64,000 nucleotides of DNA from Thermodesulfovibrionales bacterium (lineage in GTDB: Bacteria; Nitrospirota; Thermodesulfovibrionia; Thermodesulfovibrionales; SM23-35), in NCBI GenBank assembly GCA_963715195.1, contig CAVQRT010000007.1:64001-128000 (forward strand), given 5' to 3'. Of the stretch, positions 19,864-29,894 are shown in pieces. The first letter of the stretch is position 1. Each line of letters opens with the position of its first letter. A program made the position numbers and the translations under genes. The notes beneath the pieces were generated by a model. The model did not search any database. It was not told the DNA's origin and saw nothing but the letters and a program-made list of their open reading frames with translations.

Positions 19864-20117
19864 GTTTTATTATAAAACGAAATGAGGATATTTCATATCA
19901 ACGGTACCGGTTATGCATCTTTTGTCCGGTCTTCTGCATTGTGCACCTTGAGGAGCGTAAGAATTCAGGAGCTTCAGGAGGCCTGCGTGCACGCGCCTGC
20001 AATCCCCTTGACTCTCATTTTTGCAATCCTATATACTCAGGTTTCAAAAAGTAAGTAATATTAAAACAAGGCCATCCGAAGTTCAGTATTGCTTAAAAGA
20101 CAGAAAGGTGTAATCGT

Positions 20118-23100
20118 ATGCCCAAACGCAATGATATCGAAAAAGTAATGATTATCGGCTCGGGGCCGATTGTTATCGGGCAGGCGTGTGAATTCGATTA
20201 TTCAGGGACACAGGCTTGCAAGGCACTCAGAAAACTGGGTTACAGGATTGTTCTGGTGAACTCCAATCCTGCAACGATCATGACCGACCCCGGGATGGCA
20301 GATGCAACGTACCTGGAGCCTCTTACCGTGGATTATATGCAGAATATCATCGAACAGGAAAAACCTGATGCAATTCTGCCCAATCTGGGCGGACAGACCG
20401 GTCTGAATCTCACCGCTGAACTTGCGCGGAGCGGCTTTCTTCAGCAGCATGGCGTAAGGATTATCGGTGTCCAGGCAGATGCTATTGAACGCGGAGAGGA
20501 TCGTATTGCCTTCAAGCGGACCATGGATCAGTTGGGGATTGAGATGCCGAACAGCGAGCCGGCCTTCAGTGTTGAGGAGGCGGAGGCTATTGCATCGAAA
20601 CTCGGTTATCCAGTTGTTATACGGCCTGCGTACACCATGGGAGGAACAGGGGGCGGACTGGTTTACAATGTCGAAGAATTGCGGACGGTTGCAAGCCGGG
20701 GCATTTCAGCGAGTCTCATTGGCCAGATACTCGTGGAGGAGTCGGTGCTGGGGTGGGAGGAGTTGGAGCTCGAGGTTGTTCGTGATGCCAAGAATCAGCG
20801 AATAACCGTCTGCTTCATCGAGAATGTTGACGCCATGGGAATTCATACCGGTGATTCTTACTGCACTGCGCCTATGCTGACGATTGACGAGAAACTCCAG
20901 GAACGCCTTCAGAAATACTCCTATGACATTGTTGAGGCCATACAGGTTATCGGCGGAACAAATATCCAGTTTGCCCACGATCCGAAGACAGGACGTGTTG
21001 TTGTTATCGAAATTAATCCAAGGACATCCCGCTCTTCGGCGCTCGCCTCCAAGGCTACCGGGTTCCCTATTGCATTTGTTTCCGCCTTGCTGGCAGGAGG
21101 TCTCACGCTGGATGAGATTCCGTATTGGAGGGAAGGCACTCTTGAAAAATACACTCCATGGGGGGATTATGTAGTCGTGAAGTTTGCCCGGTGGGCTTTC
21201 GAGAAATTTGAAGGCGTTGAAGACCGTTTGGGAACTCAGATGCGTGCCGTGGGTGAGGTAATGAGCATCGGGAAAACTTACAAGGAAGCACTGCAGAAAT
21301 CAATACGTTCACTCGAAATCGGTCGTTACGGGCTTGGTTTTGCGAAGGACTTTCATAAAAAATCCCTGCAGGAACTCATTGATCTCCTCGGAACGCCGAC
21401 AAGTGAGCGCCAGTTCATCATGTATGAAGCCTTGCGTAAGGGGGCTTCCACTGATCTCCTCTATGAAAAAACTCATATCAAACCCTGGTTTATTGAACAG
21501 ATGAAGGAGCTTGTTGTATCAGAGGAACAAATCCTTGCATATAAGGGAAGAGACCTGCCTGACGATCTGCTGGTTCAGGCCAAAAAGGACGGCTTTGCAG
21601 ACCGTTATCTCGCACGACTCCTCGGTCTCACTGAAAAGGCGATCCGTGAAAAGCGTATTTCTCTCGGCCTTGCACAGGCATGGGAAGCTGTGCCGGTGAG
21701 CGGTGTTGAAAATGCAGCATACTATTACTCAACATACAATGCGCCTGATACGGTCACAAGCAGTTCACGAAAGAAGATCATGGTGATCGGAGGAGGTCCG
21801 AACCGCATCGGACAGGGTATCGAGTTCGACTATTGTTGTGTTCATGCTGCTTTTACCCTCCGTGACGAAGGATACGAATCAATCATGGTAAATTGCAATC
21901 CTGAAACCGTCTCAACTGATTATGACACCTCTGATAAACTGTACTTTGAACCCGTGACGGTTGAGGACGTGCACTCGATCTATGAAAAGGAAAAACCTGA
22001 AGGGGTAATCGTTCAGTTCGGAGGGCAGACGCCCCTCAACATTGCACGTGAACTTGCTGATGCGGGCGTCAATATACTCGGAACGCCTGTTGACACGATT
22101 GATCTCGCAGAGGACCGTGACAGGTTCCGGACTATCATGAAGACAATAGGGATTCCCATGCCGGAATCAGGAATGGCAAGCACCCTTGAGGAGGCCCTGA
22201 GTGTTGCGGAGAAGATCGGGTATCCTCTTATGGTAAGACCATCGTATGTCCTCGGCGGCAGGGGGATGGAAATTGTCCATGATCATGAGATGCTCGTACG
22301 TTATGTAGCGGCAGCCGTAGGGGTTTCACCGGACAGGCCGATTCTGATCGATAAATTTCTCGACAATGCGATTGAGGCAGAGGCAGACGCCATAGCCGAC
22401 GGTGAAGAAGCATTTGTTCCCGCAGTCATGGAACACATAGAACTCGCAGGAATCCATTCGGGTGACTCCGCATGTGTCATCCCGCCTATCAGCATTCCGA
22501 AGAAACATGTGGAAACCATCTATGAGTACACGCAAAAGATTGCCCTGGCGATCGGTGTTGTAGGATTGCTAAACGTACAGTATGCCATAGCGAGCGACAT
22601 GGTATATGTCCTTGAAGCAAATCCGCGTGCATCCAGGACCGTCCCCATCGTATCCAAGGTATGCAATATAGCCATGGCGCGGATTGCTACACAGATTATG
22701 CTCGGTAAAAAGATTGCTGATCTGGGGCTGAAGCAGAGGCTTATTCCCCATTACGGGGTTAAGGAAGCGGTCTTTCCGTTTACGATGTTTCCCGAGGTTG
22801 ATCCGCTTCTCGGACCGGAGATGCGTTCAACCGGCGAAGTCCTCGGTATGGATAACTCCTTTGGCAGGGCTTACTATAAAGCGCTTGAAGCGGCCCAGCA
22901 GAGGCTGCCGCTCGACGGAACGGTGCTAATCACGGTGTCTGACAAGGATAAGAATGAAGTCCTGAATATCGCAAAGCGATTTGAAGAGCTTGGATTTGTC
23001 ATCAGGGCAACACGCGGGACCTGTTCATTTCTTACCCGCAACGGTATCCGGGCCGAGCCCATTGACAAGATCCATGAGGGGAGGCCAAATATTGCCGATG

Positions 23101-23318
23101 CAATCAAGAACAAGCAGATACAGTTGGTGATCAATACCCCGAGCGGAAAACTGAGCAAGCATGAAGATGCGTATATCCGGCAGGCGGCAATTAAGTACAA
23201 GGTACCCTACATTACGACAATAGCCGCCGCAGTTGCAGCAGCAAGGGGCATTGAGGCATTCCGCCGTCAACAGAGCGGCGTAAAATCACTGCAAGAGTAT
23301 CATGCAGATATCCAGTAA
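20118..23318 (+). CDS. carB: Carbamoyl-phosphate synthase large subunit
   Basis: IGSGPIVIGQACEFDYSG, two ATP-grasp domains, MGS domain. Confidence 0.98.
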   Translation: MPKRNDIEKVMIIGSGPIVIGQACEFDYSGTQACKALRKLGYRIVLVNSNPATIMTDPGMADATYLEPLTVDYMQNIIEQEKPDAILPNLGGQTGLNLTAELARSGFLQQHGVRIIGVQADAIERGEDRIAFKRTMDQLGIEMPNSEPAFSVEEAEAIASKLGYPVVIRPAYTMGGTGGGLVYNVEELRTVASRGISASLIGQILVEESVLGWEELELEVVRDAKNQRITVCFIENVDAMGIHTGDSYCTAPMLTIDEKLQERLQKYSYDIVEAIQVIGGTNIQFAHDPKTGRVVVIEINPRTSRSSALASKATGFPIAFVSALLAGGLTLDEIPYWREGTLEKYTPWGDYVVVKFARWAFEKFEGVEDRLGTQMRAVGEVMSIGKTYKEALQKSIRSLEIGRYGLGFAKDFHKKSLQELIDLLGTPTSERQFIMYEALRKGASTDLLYEKTHIKPWFIEQMKELVVSEEQILAYKGRDLPDDLLVQAKKDGFADRYLARLLGLTEKAIREKRISLGLAQAWEAVPVSGVENAAYYYSTYNAPDTVTSSSRKKIMVIGGGPNRIGQGIEFDYCCVHAAFTLRDEGYESIMVNCNPETVSTDYDTSDKLYFEPVTVEDVHSIYEKEKPEGVIVQFGGQTPLNIARELADAGVNILGTPVDTIDLAEDRDRFRTIMKTIGIPMPESGMASTLEEALSVAEKIGYPLMVRPSYVLGGRGMEIVHDHEMLVRYVAAAVGVSPDRPILIDKFLDNAIEAEADAIADGEEAFVPAVMEHIELAGIHSGDSACVIPPISIPKKHVETIYEYTQKIALAIGVVGLLNVQYAIASDMVYVLEANPRASRTVPIVSKVCNIAMARIATQIMLGKKIADLGLKQRLIPHYGVKEAVFPFTMFPEVDPLLGPEMRSTGEVLGMDNSFGRAYYKALEAAQQRLPLDGTVLITVSDKDKNEVLNIAKRFEELGFVIRATRGTCSFLTRNGIRAEPIDKIHEGRPNIADAIKNKQIQLVINTPSGKLSKHEDAYIRQAAIKYKVPYITTIAAAVAAARGIEAFRRQQSGVKSLQEYHADIQ

Positions 23319-23369
23319 CAATCCGTCATTTCGGTTATAATGTAACCCTGAATACGGGGTCGGTCTTTT

Positions 23370-23903
23370 ATGGAATGGGATAGACTGGACATAGGAAGCC
23401 TGCATATCGACTGGGTTATCGTCATATCAATTGCTGTTCTCGTAATTGCTGCAGGCATGATAATCTTTGTGATTATAGAGAACAGGAGGTCAAAATTCAT
23501 TTTTGGATTGAGATTGCTCCTGGAAGTCAATGAGTACTTTCATTCCGGTGCCATGCTCGGAACGCGCCAAAAAGCAGCTGCCGCTCTGATCAATGATTCT
23601 TATGATGAGAATGTCGAGGACCTCCTGGATTTTTTTGAAATGGTCGGGTACCTTTCAAAGCGACATGCCATAAAAAGGGAGTTGATATGGCACAACATAT
23701 CGCACTGGATCATACGATACGGGTACGCTGCAAAAATCTACCGTGAGGAGGATCAGCAGAAACTTCCTCGGAGATGGGAGAACCTGACCGCTTTATGCCG
23801 CCATCTGTCAAGAATGGAAAGAAGAAAGTACGGGGTCAGTGTCGTAACGCAGGAGTCTGTTAAGGAATTTCTCGATAAAGAACGCGACATTCTTAGTAAA
23901 TAA
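23370..23903 (+). CDS. Membrane-anchored hypothetical protein (DUF4760-like)
   Basis: N-terminal TM helix; LLDFFE.VG.L....I and WENL..L pattern. Confidence 0.55.
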   Translation: MEWDRLDIGSLHIDWVIVISIAVLVIAAGMIIFVIIENRRSKFIFGLRLLLEVNEYFHSGAMLGTRQKAAAALINDSYDENVEDLLDFFEMVGYLSKRHAIKRELIWHNISHWIIRYGYAAKIYREEDQQKLPRRWENLTALCRHLSRMERRKYGVSVVTQESVKEFLDKERDILSK

Positions 23904-24053
23904 TATTCATGATCGGTTGGCAATGCGCCGGTCGTATCCCGTTATCCTGCGGTCTTGCAGTAATTTTCCTTCCCTGATATCCTAAGCAAAAGATCTTCAT
24001 CGAAGCTCCGCAGAATAATTGAGCACAGCAAAAAACAATTTTGAGGAGGAACT

Positions 24054-24539
24054 ATGGACGCAATCGAAATGTCACTCAAGATGGAGCAGGAAGCAGTAGA
24101 TTTCTACACGAAATGCGCAGAAAAGACGAATAATCCTGTCGGAAAGAACATGTTTCTGAGCATTGCCGAGGATGAAAAACATCACATCGCGTGTGCAATT
24201 CACGTGCAGCAGAAGAGAGAGTTTGTTCCCGCTGAATCAAGACCGATCGAAGACATGAAAAAGATCTTTGAACAGAACAAGGACTTCATGCTAAAGCGCG
24301 TTTCCTCAACGACTGATGAATTGGCGGCACTCGAGATGGCGATGAAAATGGAGGAATCTGCGATTCATTTTTACAAGAATGCTGCTGCTCAGACTTCTGA
24401 TTCCGCTGAAAAAACATTTTTTGAATGCCTTATCAAAGATGAAGAAGAGCATTTTGCTATTTTCCAAAACACACACTCATTTCTCACCGATACCGGAAAC
24501 TGGTTTATGTGGGATGAGCACAGCATCGTGGAAGGATGA
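24054..24539 (+). CDS. Ferritin-like/rubrerythrin-family di-iron protein
   Basis: E..(FY)..EDEKHH and E..(FY)..DEEEH duplicated di-iron motif; no rubredoxin domain. Confidence 0.88.
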   Translation: MDAIEMSLKMEQEAVDFYTKCAEKTNNPVGKNMFLSIAEDEKHHIACAIHVQQKREFVPAESRPIEDMKKIFEQNKDFMLKRVSSTTDELAALEMAMKMEESAIHFYKNAAAQTSDSAEKTFFECLIKDEEEHFAIFQNTHSFLTDTGNWFMWDEHSIVEG

Positions 24540-24540
24540 T

Positions 24541-26283
24541 GTGAATCTGACAGACAATGCAATGGCGGTGCTGCGAGCACGCTATCTCTTCAAAGACGAG
24601 AATGGCAGGATTATCGAAACTCCCGAAGGAATGTTCAGGAGGGTTGCTGGAATCATAGCCTCGGCAGAGTCCCTATACCACGGTAATCCTAAGGAATGGG
24701 AAGAGAAGTTCTATGAGTTGATGGCGGACCTTCGGTTTCTTCCCAACTCACCTGCACTCATGAACGCGGGAAAAGAATCAGGTCAGCTTGCCGCCTGTTT
24801 CGTCCTGCCCCTCGGTGATTCAATACATTCCATTTTCGAGACTTTAAAAAACGCAGCATTAATTCTCCAGAGCGGAGGCGGTACAGGATTTTCATTTTCG
24901 AAGTTGAGACCGAAGGCGGACATCGTCCGGTGCACAGGAGGGGTTGCGAGCGGCCCCGTCTCGTTTATGAGAATTTATAACACGGCCACTGAGGTCATTA
25001 AGCAGGGTGGGGCGCGCCGCGGTGCAAACATGGGGATACTGCATATTGACCATCCGGACATCCTTGAGTTCATACGAATAAAGAGATCCGATGGCGAACT
25101 GACGAATTTCAATATTTCTGTTGCTGTGACAGACGCATTCATTGAGGCATTGAAGCATGACGCATCCTATGATCTCATCAATCCGCGAAGCGGGAAGAGC
25201 ACCGGAAGCGTGAAAGCGCGGGTGGTGTTCGATGAGATAGTGCAAAGTGCATGGGAGACTGGTGACCCGGGCCTTGTTTTTATCGACAGGATCAATAACG
25301 CCAATCCTACACCGCATATGGGTTCTATGGAATCAACAAACCCCTGTGGCGAACAACCGCTTCTCCCCTACGAGGCATGTATTTTGGGATCTCTCAACCT
25401 GTCAAAGTATGTGAAACAATCAAAAAGTGGTAACCGGATGTCGGCACCTAAGAACGTCTTGCAAAATATCGAAGTTGAAAATCTCACAGAAGACATCGGA
25501 ACCGCTGTCCGGTTTCTTGATAACGCCATAGACGTTAATACCTATCCTGTTTCTGCGATAGAACGGATGCATAAGGGAAACAGAAAAATCGGCCTTGGTG
25601 TGATGGGGTGGGCTGACATGTTGATACTTCTCGGGATACCTTACAGCAGCTCGAAAGCATTCCGACTCGCCCGTGAGATGATGAAGATTATTACGGCTGC
25701 AGCGAGAAAGGAATCTGCCGCTCTTGCCGCCGTGAGAGGCGTTTTCCCGAATTTCAAAGGATCCGTCTACGACGCGCCGGGAATGCCTCGTGTCAGGAAT
25801 GCAACGGTAACGACTATAGCGCCGACCGGAACTCTTTCAATTATTGCTGATTGCTCAAGCGGTATCGAACCCCTTTTTGCTCTCGTTTACAAAAGGCTCA
25901 TCCTTGAAACAGAGCTTACAGAGATCAATAAGTTCTTTTTCGGCCTCGCGAGGCAAAGGGGATTTTACAACCAAAAATTGGAGAAGGAACTCATCGAAAA
26001 AGGAAATCTGCAGGGATTGAAGGAAGTTCCCCCAGAAGTACGGCGCCTTTTCAAAACAGCGCATGAAATCCCGCCGCATGATCATATCGAGATGCAGGCA
26101 TGCTTCCAGGAGTTTACGGATAACGCCGTTTCAAAGACGATCAATATGCCTTGCAGAGCGAAGAGGGAGGATGTAGCGAATGCCTTCCTTCTTGCCTATG
26201 AAAAAGGGTGTAAAGGGATTACGATCTTCAGGTCCGGAACTCCAAAAAAGGGAACCCTGGTAACGTTTACTGATGCTGATTGA
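24541..26283 (+). CDS. nrdJ: Second class II ribonucleotide reductase, catalytic core only (C-terminal domain absent)
   Basis: GTG start 1 nt after the ferritin stop. QLAACFV, NPCGEQPLLPYEACILGS and TIAPTGT are present; the protein ends shortly after KGITIFRSGT. Confidence 0.88.
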   Translation: MNLTDNAMAVLRARYLFKDENGRIIETPEGMFRRVAGIIASAESLYHGNPKEWEEKFYELMADLRFLPNSPALMNAGKESGQLAACFVLPLGDSIHSIFETLKNAALILQSGGGTGFSFSKLRPKADIVRCTGGVASGPVSFMRIYNTATEVIKQGGARRGANMGILHIDHPDILEFIRIKRSDGELTNFNISVAVTDAFIEALKHDASYDLINPRSGKSTGSVKARVVFDEIVQSAWETGDPGLVFIDRINNANPTPHMGSMESTNPCGEQPLLPYEACILGSLNLSKYVKQSKSGNRMSAPKNVLQNIEVENLTEDIGTAVRFLDNAIDVNTYPVSAIERMHKGNRKIGLGVMGWADMLILLGIPYSSSKAFRLAREMMKIITAAARKESAALAAVRGVFPNFKGSVYDAPGMPRVRNATVTTIAPTGTLSIIADCSSGIEPLFALVYKRLILETELTEINKFFFGLARQRGFYNQKLEKELIEKGNLQGLKEVPPEVRRLFKTAHEIPPHDHIEMQACFQEFTDNAVSKTINMPCRAKREDVANAFLLAYEKGCKGITIFRSGTPKKGTLVTFTDAD

Positions 26284-26329
26284 CCTGCCTTCATCCTTTT
26301 AATTCTGTCATGGGAGCGACCAAAAAAGA

Positions 26330-26752
26330 TTATCCTGAACGCAGATGATTTTTGATCAAGCCTCGTACCTTTTCTTTGATTTCATCCCGTGCACGCCTGA
26401 AATCTTCCATAATGAAATCTTCTGACCCGATCGTGCCGACTGGGTCCTTGATCGGCCAATGGATTCGTTGAATGGAAGGAAGAGTTCCCGGACAGGTCTC
26501 TTCGGCATGATCGCAGAGCGTAACAACAATATCCATTTGCCGGAGAAGATTTTCATCGATCTCCTTTGAATGCTGAGCGCTGATATCGATGCCCAGCTCC
26601 TTCATGACAGTGATTGCCCTCCTGTGAACTCCGGCGGCCATCAGCCCCGCACTGTACACTTCGATTGTTCCCCGGGAGTATTCCCTCGCAAATCCTTCTG
26701 CCATTTGGCTTCTGCACGAATTCGCTGTGCACAGAAACATGATTTTTTTCAT
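26330..26752 (-). CDS. arsC: Arsenate reductase, thioredoxin-coupled LMW-PTP fold
   Basis: CTANSCRSQMAEG P-loop, LCDHAEETCP resolving Cys pair, HW..DP. Confidence 0.88.
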   Translation of the reverse strand: MKKIMFLCTANSCRSQMAEGFAREYSRGTIEVYSAGLMAAGVHRRAITVMKELGIDISAQHSKEIDENLLRQMDIVVTLCDHAEETCPGTLPSIQRIHWPIKDPVGTIGSEDFIMEDFRRARDEIKEKVRGLIKNHLRSG

Positions 26753-26783
26753 TATCTCCGGCCCTGTTAATGGGTTTCTTGCA

Positions 26784-28313
26784 TTATGATGGTTTTAGTT
26801 TATCCGTCATGAAAGCAACCGCCAGCGAAACGATCAGTGCCCCGATGAGCAATATAAATGATATAAACGCATTGCTCAAGACCGTCGGGTTCAAAAGCAG
26901 TACACCGCCGAGGGCAAGCATCATGGCTCCCGAGACGAGTTTCAGGAGTCTTCCCTGATGTTCAGTAAGTTGTTTTTTCCCGAGAGTCACGGTAAAGAGA
27001 ATGACGATGATGGAAAGAGGAATAATATAAACCGCGTTGTAGAGGATGAGATAAAAATAGTACCAGGCAGATGACAAATTGTTTAACGTCAATATTCTGG
27101 TAAACACCATGGGGAATCCCGCAGTGCATAATAATTCATATGCATTTGCTGCTATTGCGAGTACGGCGGTTCCGATAAGTATCGAAACAACCGAGGTAGA
27201 TTTCAACAATTTTCTCATGCGGTCAAACAGTTTTGGTTTTGCGCTGTCAGGAATGGTCAGTGAAATACCCTTTTTGAATAAGAAGAAGTCTTTTATGTTA
27301 ATGACGGCAATCACGACGGCGACCGAACCTGCACATTTCGTGATCAGATCGACCTGTCCCATGACGAGGAACAGATTGAGCCAAGCTGACATGAACAGGA
27401 AATAGATAAAACCGGAAAAGAATACGAAAACACTGCCGATTAAAAACATCTTTGTACGTGATTTGGCGTGGATGAGAAGTCCGAGCAGAGAGAAGAGAAC
27501 AAAAAATGCACAGGGGTTGAAGCTGTCGAGTCCGGCAATAACTACCGTTATGACGGGAAGAGACATCTGTGATGAATCGAGATTGCCGATCCAGGGAATA
27601 TAGACCGCCTTCCCTTTTTCAGTGCACTCCACGTCACCGGCCTGAGATTCTCCAGATACAGCAGGTGCTTTAGCGATCAGCGCACTTCCTGACATGATAT
27701 CTGCCGGATCTGGACATTGTCTCAAAGAACACTCCTGGAAGAAAGCCGATAATTCCTTTTTTGAATGCCTGGAAAATCCAATAACACTGTTTTTACCGAT
27801 AAAGGTGACAGGCACACCGGCAGTCGTTATACCGTAGGCCGCGGCCATTTTTGAAAGCAGGGCGGCATGTTCTTTGTCATACCAGACCTCATAATCAATG
27901 ATCTTCATCCGGGGATACTTCGCTTGCACGGTATTCAGAAATTCTTTTTCCTCCTTGCAATGGGGGCAGCCGCTCCCCCAGAAAAAATGAACAACAAATC
28001 CGGTTTCTTCAGGAGATGAAGGTTCAACAGAGGATTTTCCCGCATCTTTTCTCACCCTGGAAGAATGATGTTCTTCAATATCCGGTTCTGGCCGGCGTTT
28101 TGGTGCAGCAATCCTCTCTGTTGCGTCGGATGATTCCGAACTGTTGTTTTCTGTGCCTTCAAAATACGGAAAACTACCGGAATATGCAGGGTCAACGCAT
28201 TCATTTGCGGCTTCGCGCTCGGGGCCGCAGATCCCCTCCTGCTGAACCAAAGCCCATGCAGAGGAAGAGGTGTGGAGAATAATGCATAATACCGCAAGAT
28301 AATAGTGCAACAT
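26784..28313 (-). CDS. Thioredoxin-fold (CPHC) domain fused to a CcdA/DsbD-like transmembrane domain
   Basis: FFWGSGCPHC...VP, then TM domain with DSFNPCAF and ELLCTAGFP. Start uncertain (28313 or 28349). Confidence 0.75.
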   Translation of the reverse strand: MLHYYLAVLCIILHTSSSAWALVQQEGICGPEREAANECVDPAYSGSFPYFEGTENNSSESSDATERIAAPKRRPEPDIEEHHSSRVRKDAGKSSVEPSSPEETGFVVHFFWGSGCPHCKEEKEFLNTVQAKYPRMKIIDYEVWYDKEHAALLSKMAAAYGITTAGVPVTFIGKNSVIGFSRHSKKELSAFFQECSLRQCPDPADIMSGSALIAKAPAVSGESQAGDVECTEKGKAVYIPWIGNLDSSQMSLPVITVVIAGLDSFNPCAFFVLFSLLGLLIHAKSRTKMFLIGSVFVFFSGFIYFLFMSAWLNLFLVMGQVDLITKCAGSVAVVIAVINIKDFFLFKKGISLTIPDSAKPKLFDRMRKLLKSTSVVSILIGTAVLAIAANAYELLCTAGFPMVFTRILTLNNLSSAWYYFYLILYNAVYIIPLSIIVILFTVTLGKKQLTEHQGRLLKLVSGAMMLALGGVLLLNPTVLSNAFISFILLIGALIVSLAVAFMTDKLKPS

Positions 28314-28458
28314 CCATATATTATGCAGGGTGTCAGAGAGCTGAATCAAGAGATGCGGGAATAGATATTCTGCGTGCGCGTTCAGCGGCTATATATCTCT
28401 CTTAAAACTTGAATAAATGACAGTATTTATTTATTATTAAATAAAAAAAGGAGAGTGC

Positions 28459-28680
28459 ATGCTCAAGGAAGATGTGGAAAAGGTCCTCGAACACATACGG
28501 ATGGGTCTCAGGAGGGATGGCGGTGACATCGAATTAGTCGAAATAAAGGACAGCATTGTCTATGTCAAACTGAAGGGAGCCTGCGGTTCATGCCCCATGT
28601 CTGCGCTTACCCTGAAGAACTGGGTTGAGGCAAACCTGAAGAAAGCATTTCCTGAAATAAGCGCTGTTCAGGCTGTCTAA
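28459..28680 (+). CDS. NifU/NfuA C-terminal-domain Fe-S scaffold protein
   Basis: DGGDIELV...GACGSCPMS..TLK. Confidence 0.92.
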   Translation: MLKEDVEKVLEHIRMGLRRDGGDIELVEIKDSIVYVKLKGACGSCPMSALTLKNWVEANLKKAFPEISAVQAV

Positions 28681-28742
28681 TTGTTGACGAGAGGTTTGGA
28701 GAACTTCTTTTGCTTTTGAACCTCGCATCAGGCTGCAAAAAG

Positions 28743-29894
28743 ATGTTATTGTCTCTCATTGGATTGCTTGTCATTCTCACCCCGTTATTTGCAGAAGCCT
28801 CTGGTATTGAAGTTAAGGACATAAGGTTCTGGTCGTCGGAACAGTATACGCGGGTAGTGGTTGATCTGACCGGCTCTATTGAATTTTCCAAACACCGCCT
28901 TTCGAATCCTGACCGGCTCTATTTTGACTTAAAAGATTCGTATATATCGAAAGAGATCAATGCCAGCATGCCTGTTGGAGACGGCATTTTAAAATCAGTA
29001 AGAGCCGGCCAGTTTAACAGGATGACTGTCAGGGTTGTTCTTGATCTCGATGAGATGTCTGATTATCAGACATTTTTCTTTGACGATCCTGCGCGGCTTG
29101 TTATCGATGTTTACGGAAATTCCAGGTCTGCGGAGAACCAGGATGTCAATTTTGTGAAAAGGCGGATTGTGCTCGATCCGGGACACGGTGGTCACGATCC
29201 AGGTGCCGTTGGATCGAATAACCTGTATGAGAAAGATGTTGTTCTGGATATTGCCCTGAAAGTGAAGAAAATTCTCATGGAAGACCCGCTCAATGAGGTC
29301 TTTCTGACAAGGGAACGGGATGTGTTCATCCCTCTGGAAGAACGAACGGCCATAGCCAACCGGAAGAATGCAGACCTCTTTGTATCACTCCACGCGAATG
29401 CAAGCCCAAGAAGGGAAGCCAAAGGAATCGAGACCTATCTGCTGAACTGGACCGATGATGAAGAAGCCATCAGGGTTGCCGCCCGCGAGAATGCCATTTC
29501 TCTCAAAAAAATGAGAGCAATGAACAAACAGATGGATATCGTCGATGTGATAAAGAGCGATCTTATACGGGAAAACAAACGTGATGAATCCATCAAGCTT
29601 GCGAACTATATCCAGAGGTCTCTGGTTTCGAACCTGAATGGTCATAGGAAACGTATTATAAACCTTGGGGTAAAACAGGCACTTTTTTATGTCCTCTTTG
29701 GCGCAAAGATGCCCTCTGTTCTCGTGGAGGTCTCTTTTATCAGTAATCCGGAAGAGGAAAGTTTGCTTTCTAATGATTCCTACCGCACAGAGATTGCAAA
29801 AGGTATTGCAAGAGGTCTCGGCACCTATCTCAATTCTGCCCCGGCAGTCCAGAAAATGGTTGAATTCAAAGATCATCCGTTATTCTACAGGTAG
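28743..29894 (+). CDS. N-acetylmuramoyl-L-alanine amidase (AMIN + Amidase_3)
   Basis: AMIN domain (NPDRLYFD, RVVLDL), LDPGHGG.DPGA, FVSLHANA, VLVEVSFISN. Confidence 0.93.
   Translation: MLLSLIGLLVILTPLFAEASGIEVKDIRFWSSEQYTRVVVDLTGSIEFSKHRLSNPDRLYFDLKDSYISKEINASMPVGDGILKSVRAGQFNRMTVRVVLDLDEMSDYQTFFFDDPARLVIDVYGNSRSAENQDVNFVKRRIVLDPGHGGHDPGAVGSNNLYEKDVVLDIALKVKKILMEDPLNEVFLTRERDVFIPLEERTAIANRKNADLFVSLHANASPRREAKGIETYLLNWTDDEEAIRVAARENAISLKKMRAMNKQMDIVDVIKSDLIRENKRDESIKLANYIQRSLVSNLNGHRKRIINLGVKQALFYVLFGAKMPSVLVEVSFISNPEEESLLSNDSYRTEIAKGIARGLGTYLNSAPAVQKMVEFKDHPLFYR

Noticed and set aside
24379..24540. Open nrdJ2 frame overlapping the ferritin 3' end, suggesting a frameshift fusion
   Set aside because: The ferritin C-terminus looks complete, and GTG 24541 has its own GAAGGA RBS and aligns with the nrdJ1 N-terminus (NL..NA..VL..RYL). 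Coupling explains it; no convincing stimulatory structure seen.
29689..29859. Long overlaps of the EcfT ORF with the amidase (and of MlaE 51425-51571 with alr)
   Set aside because: Upstream extensions are non-homologous; downstream starts fit the families.
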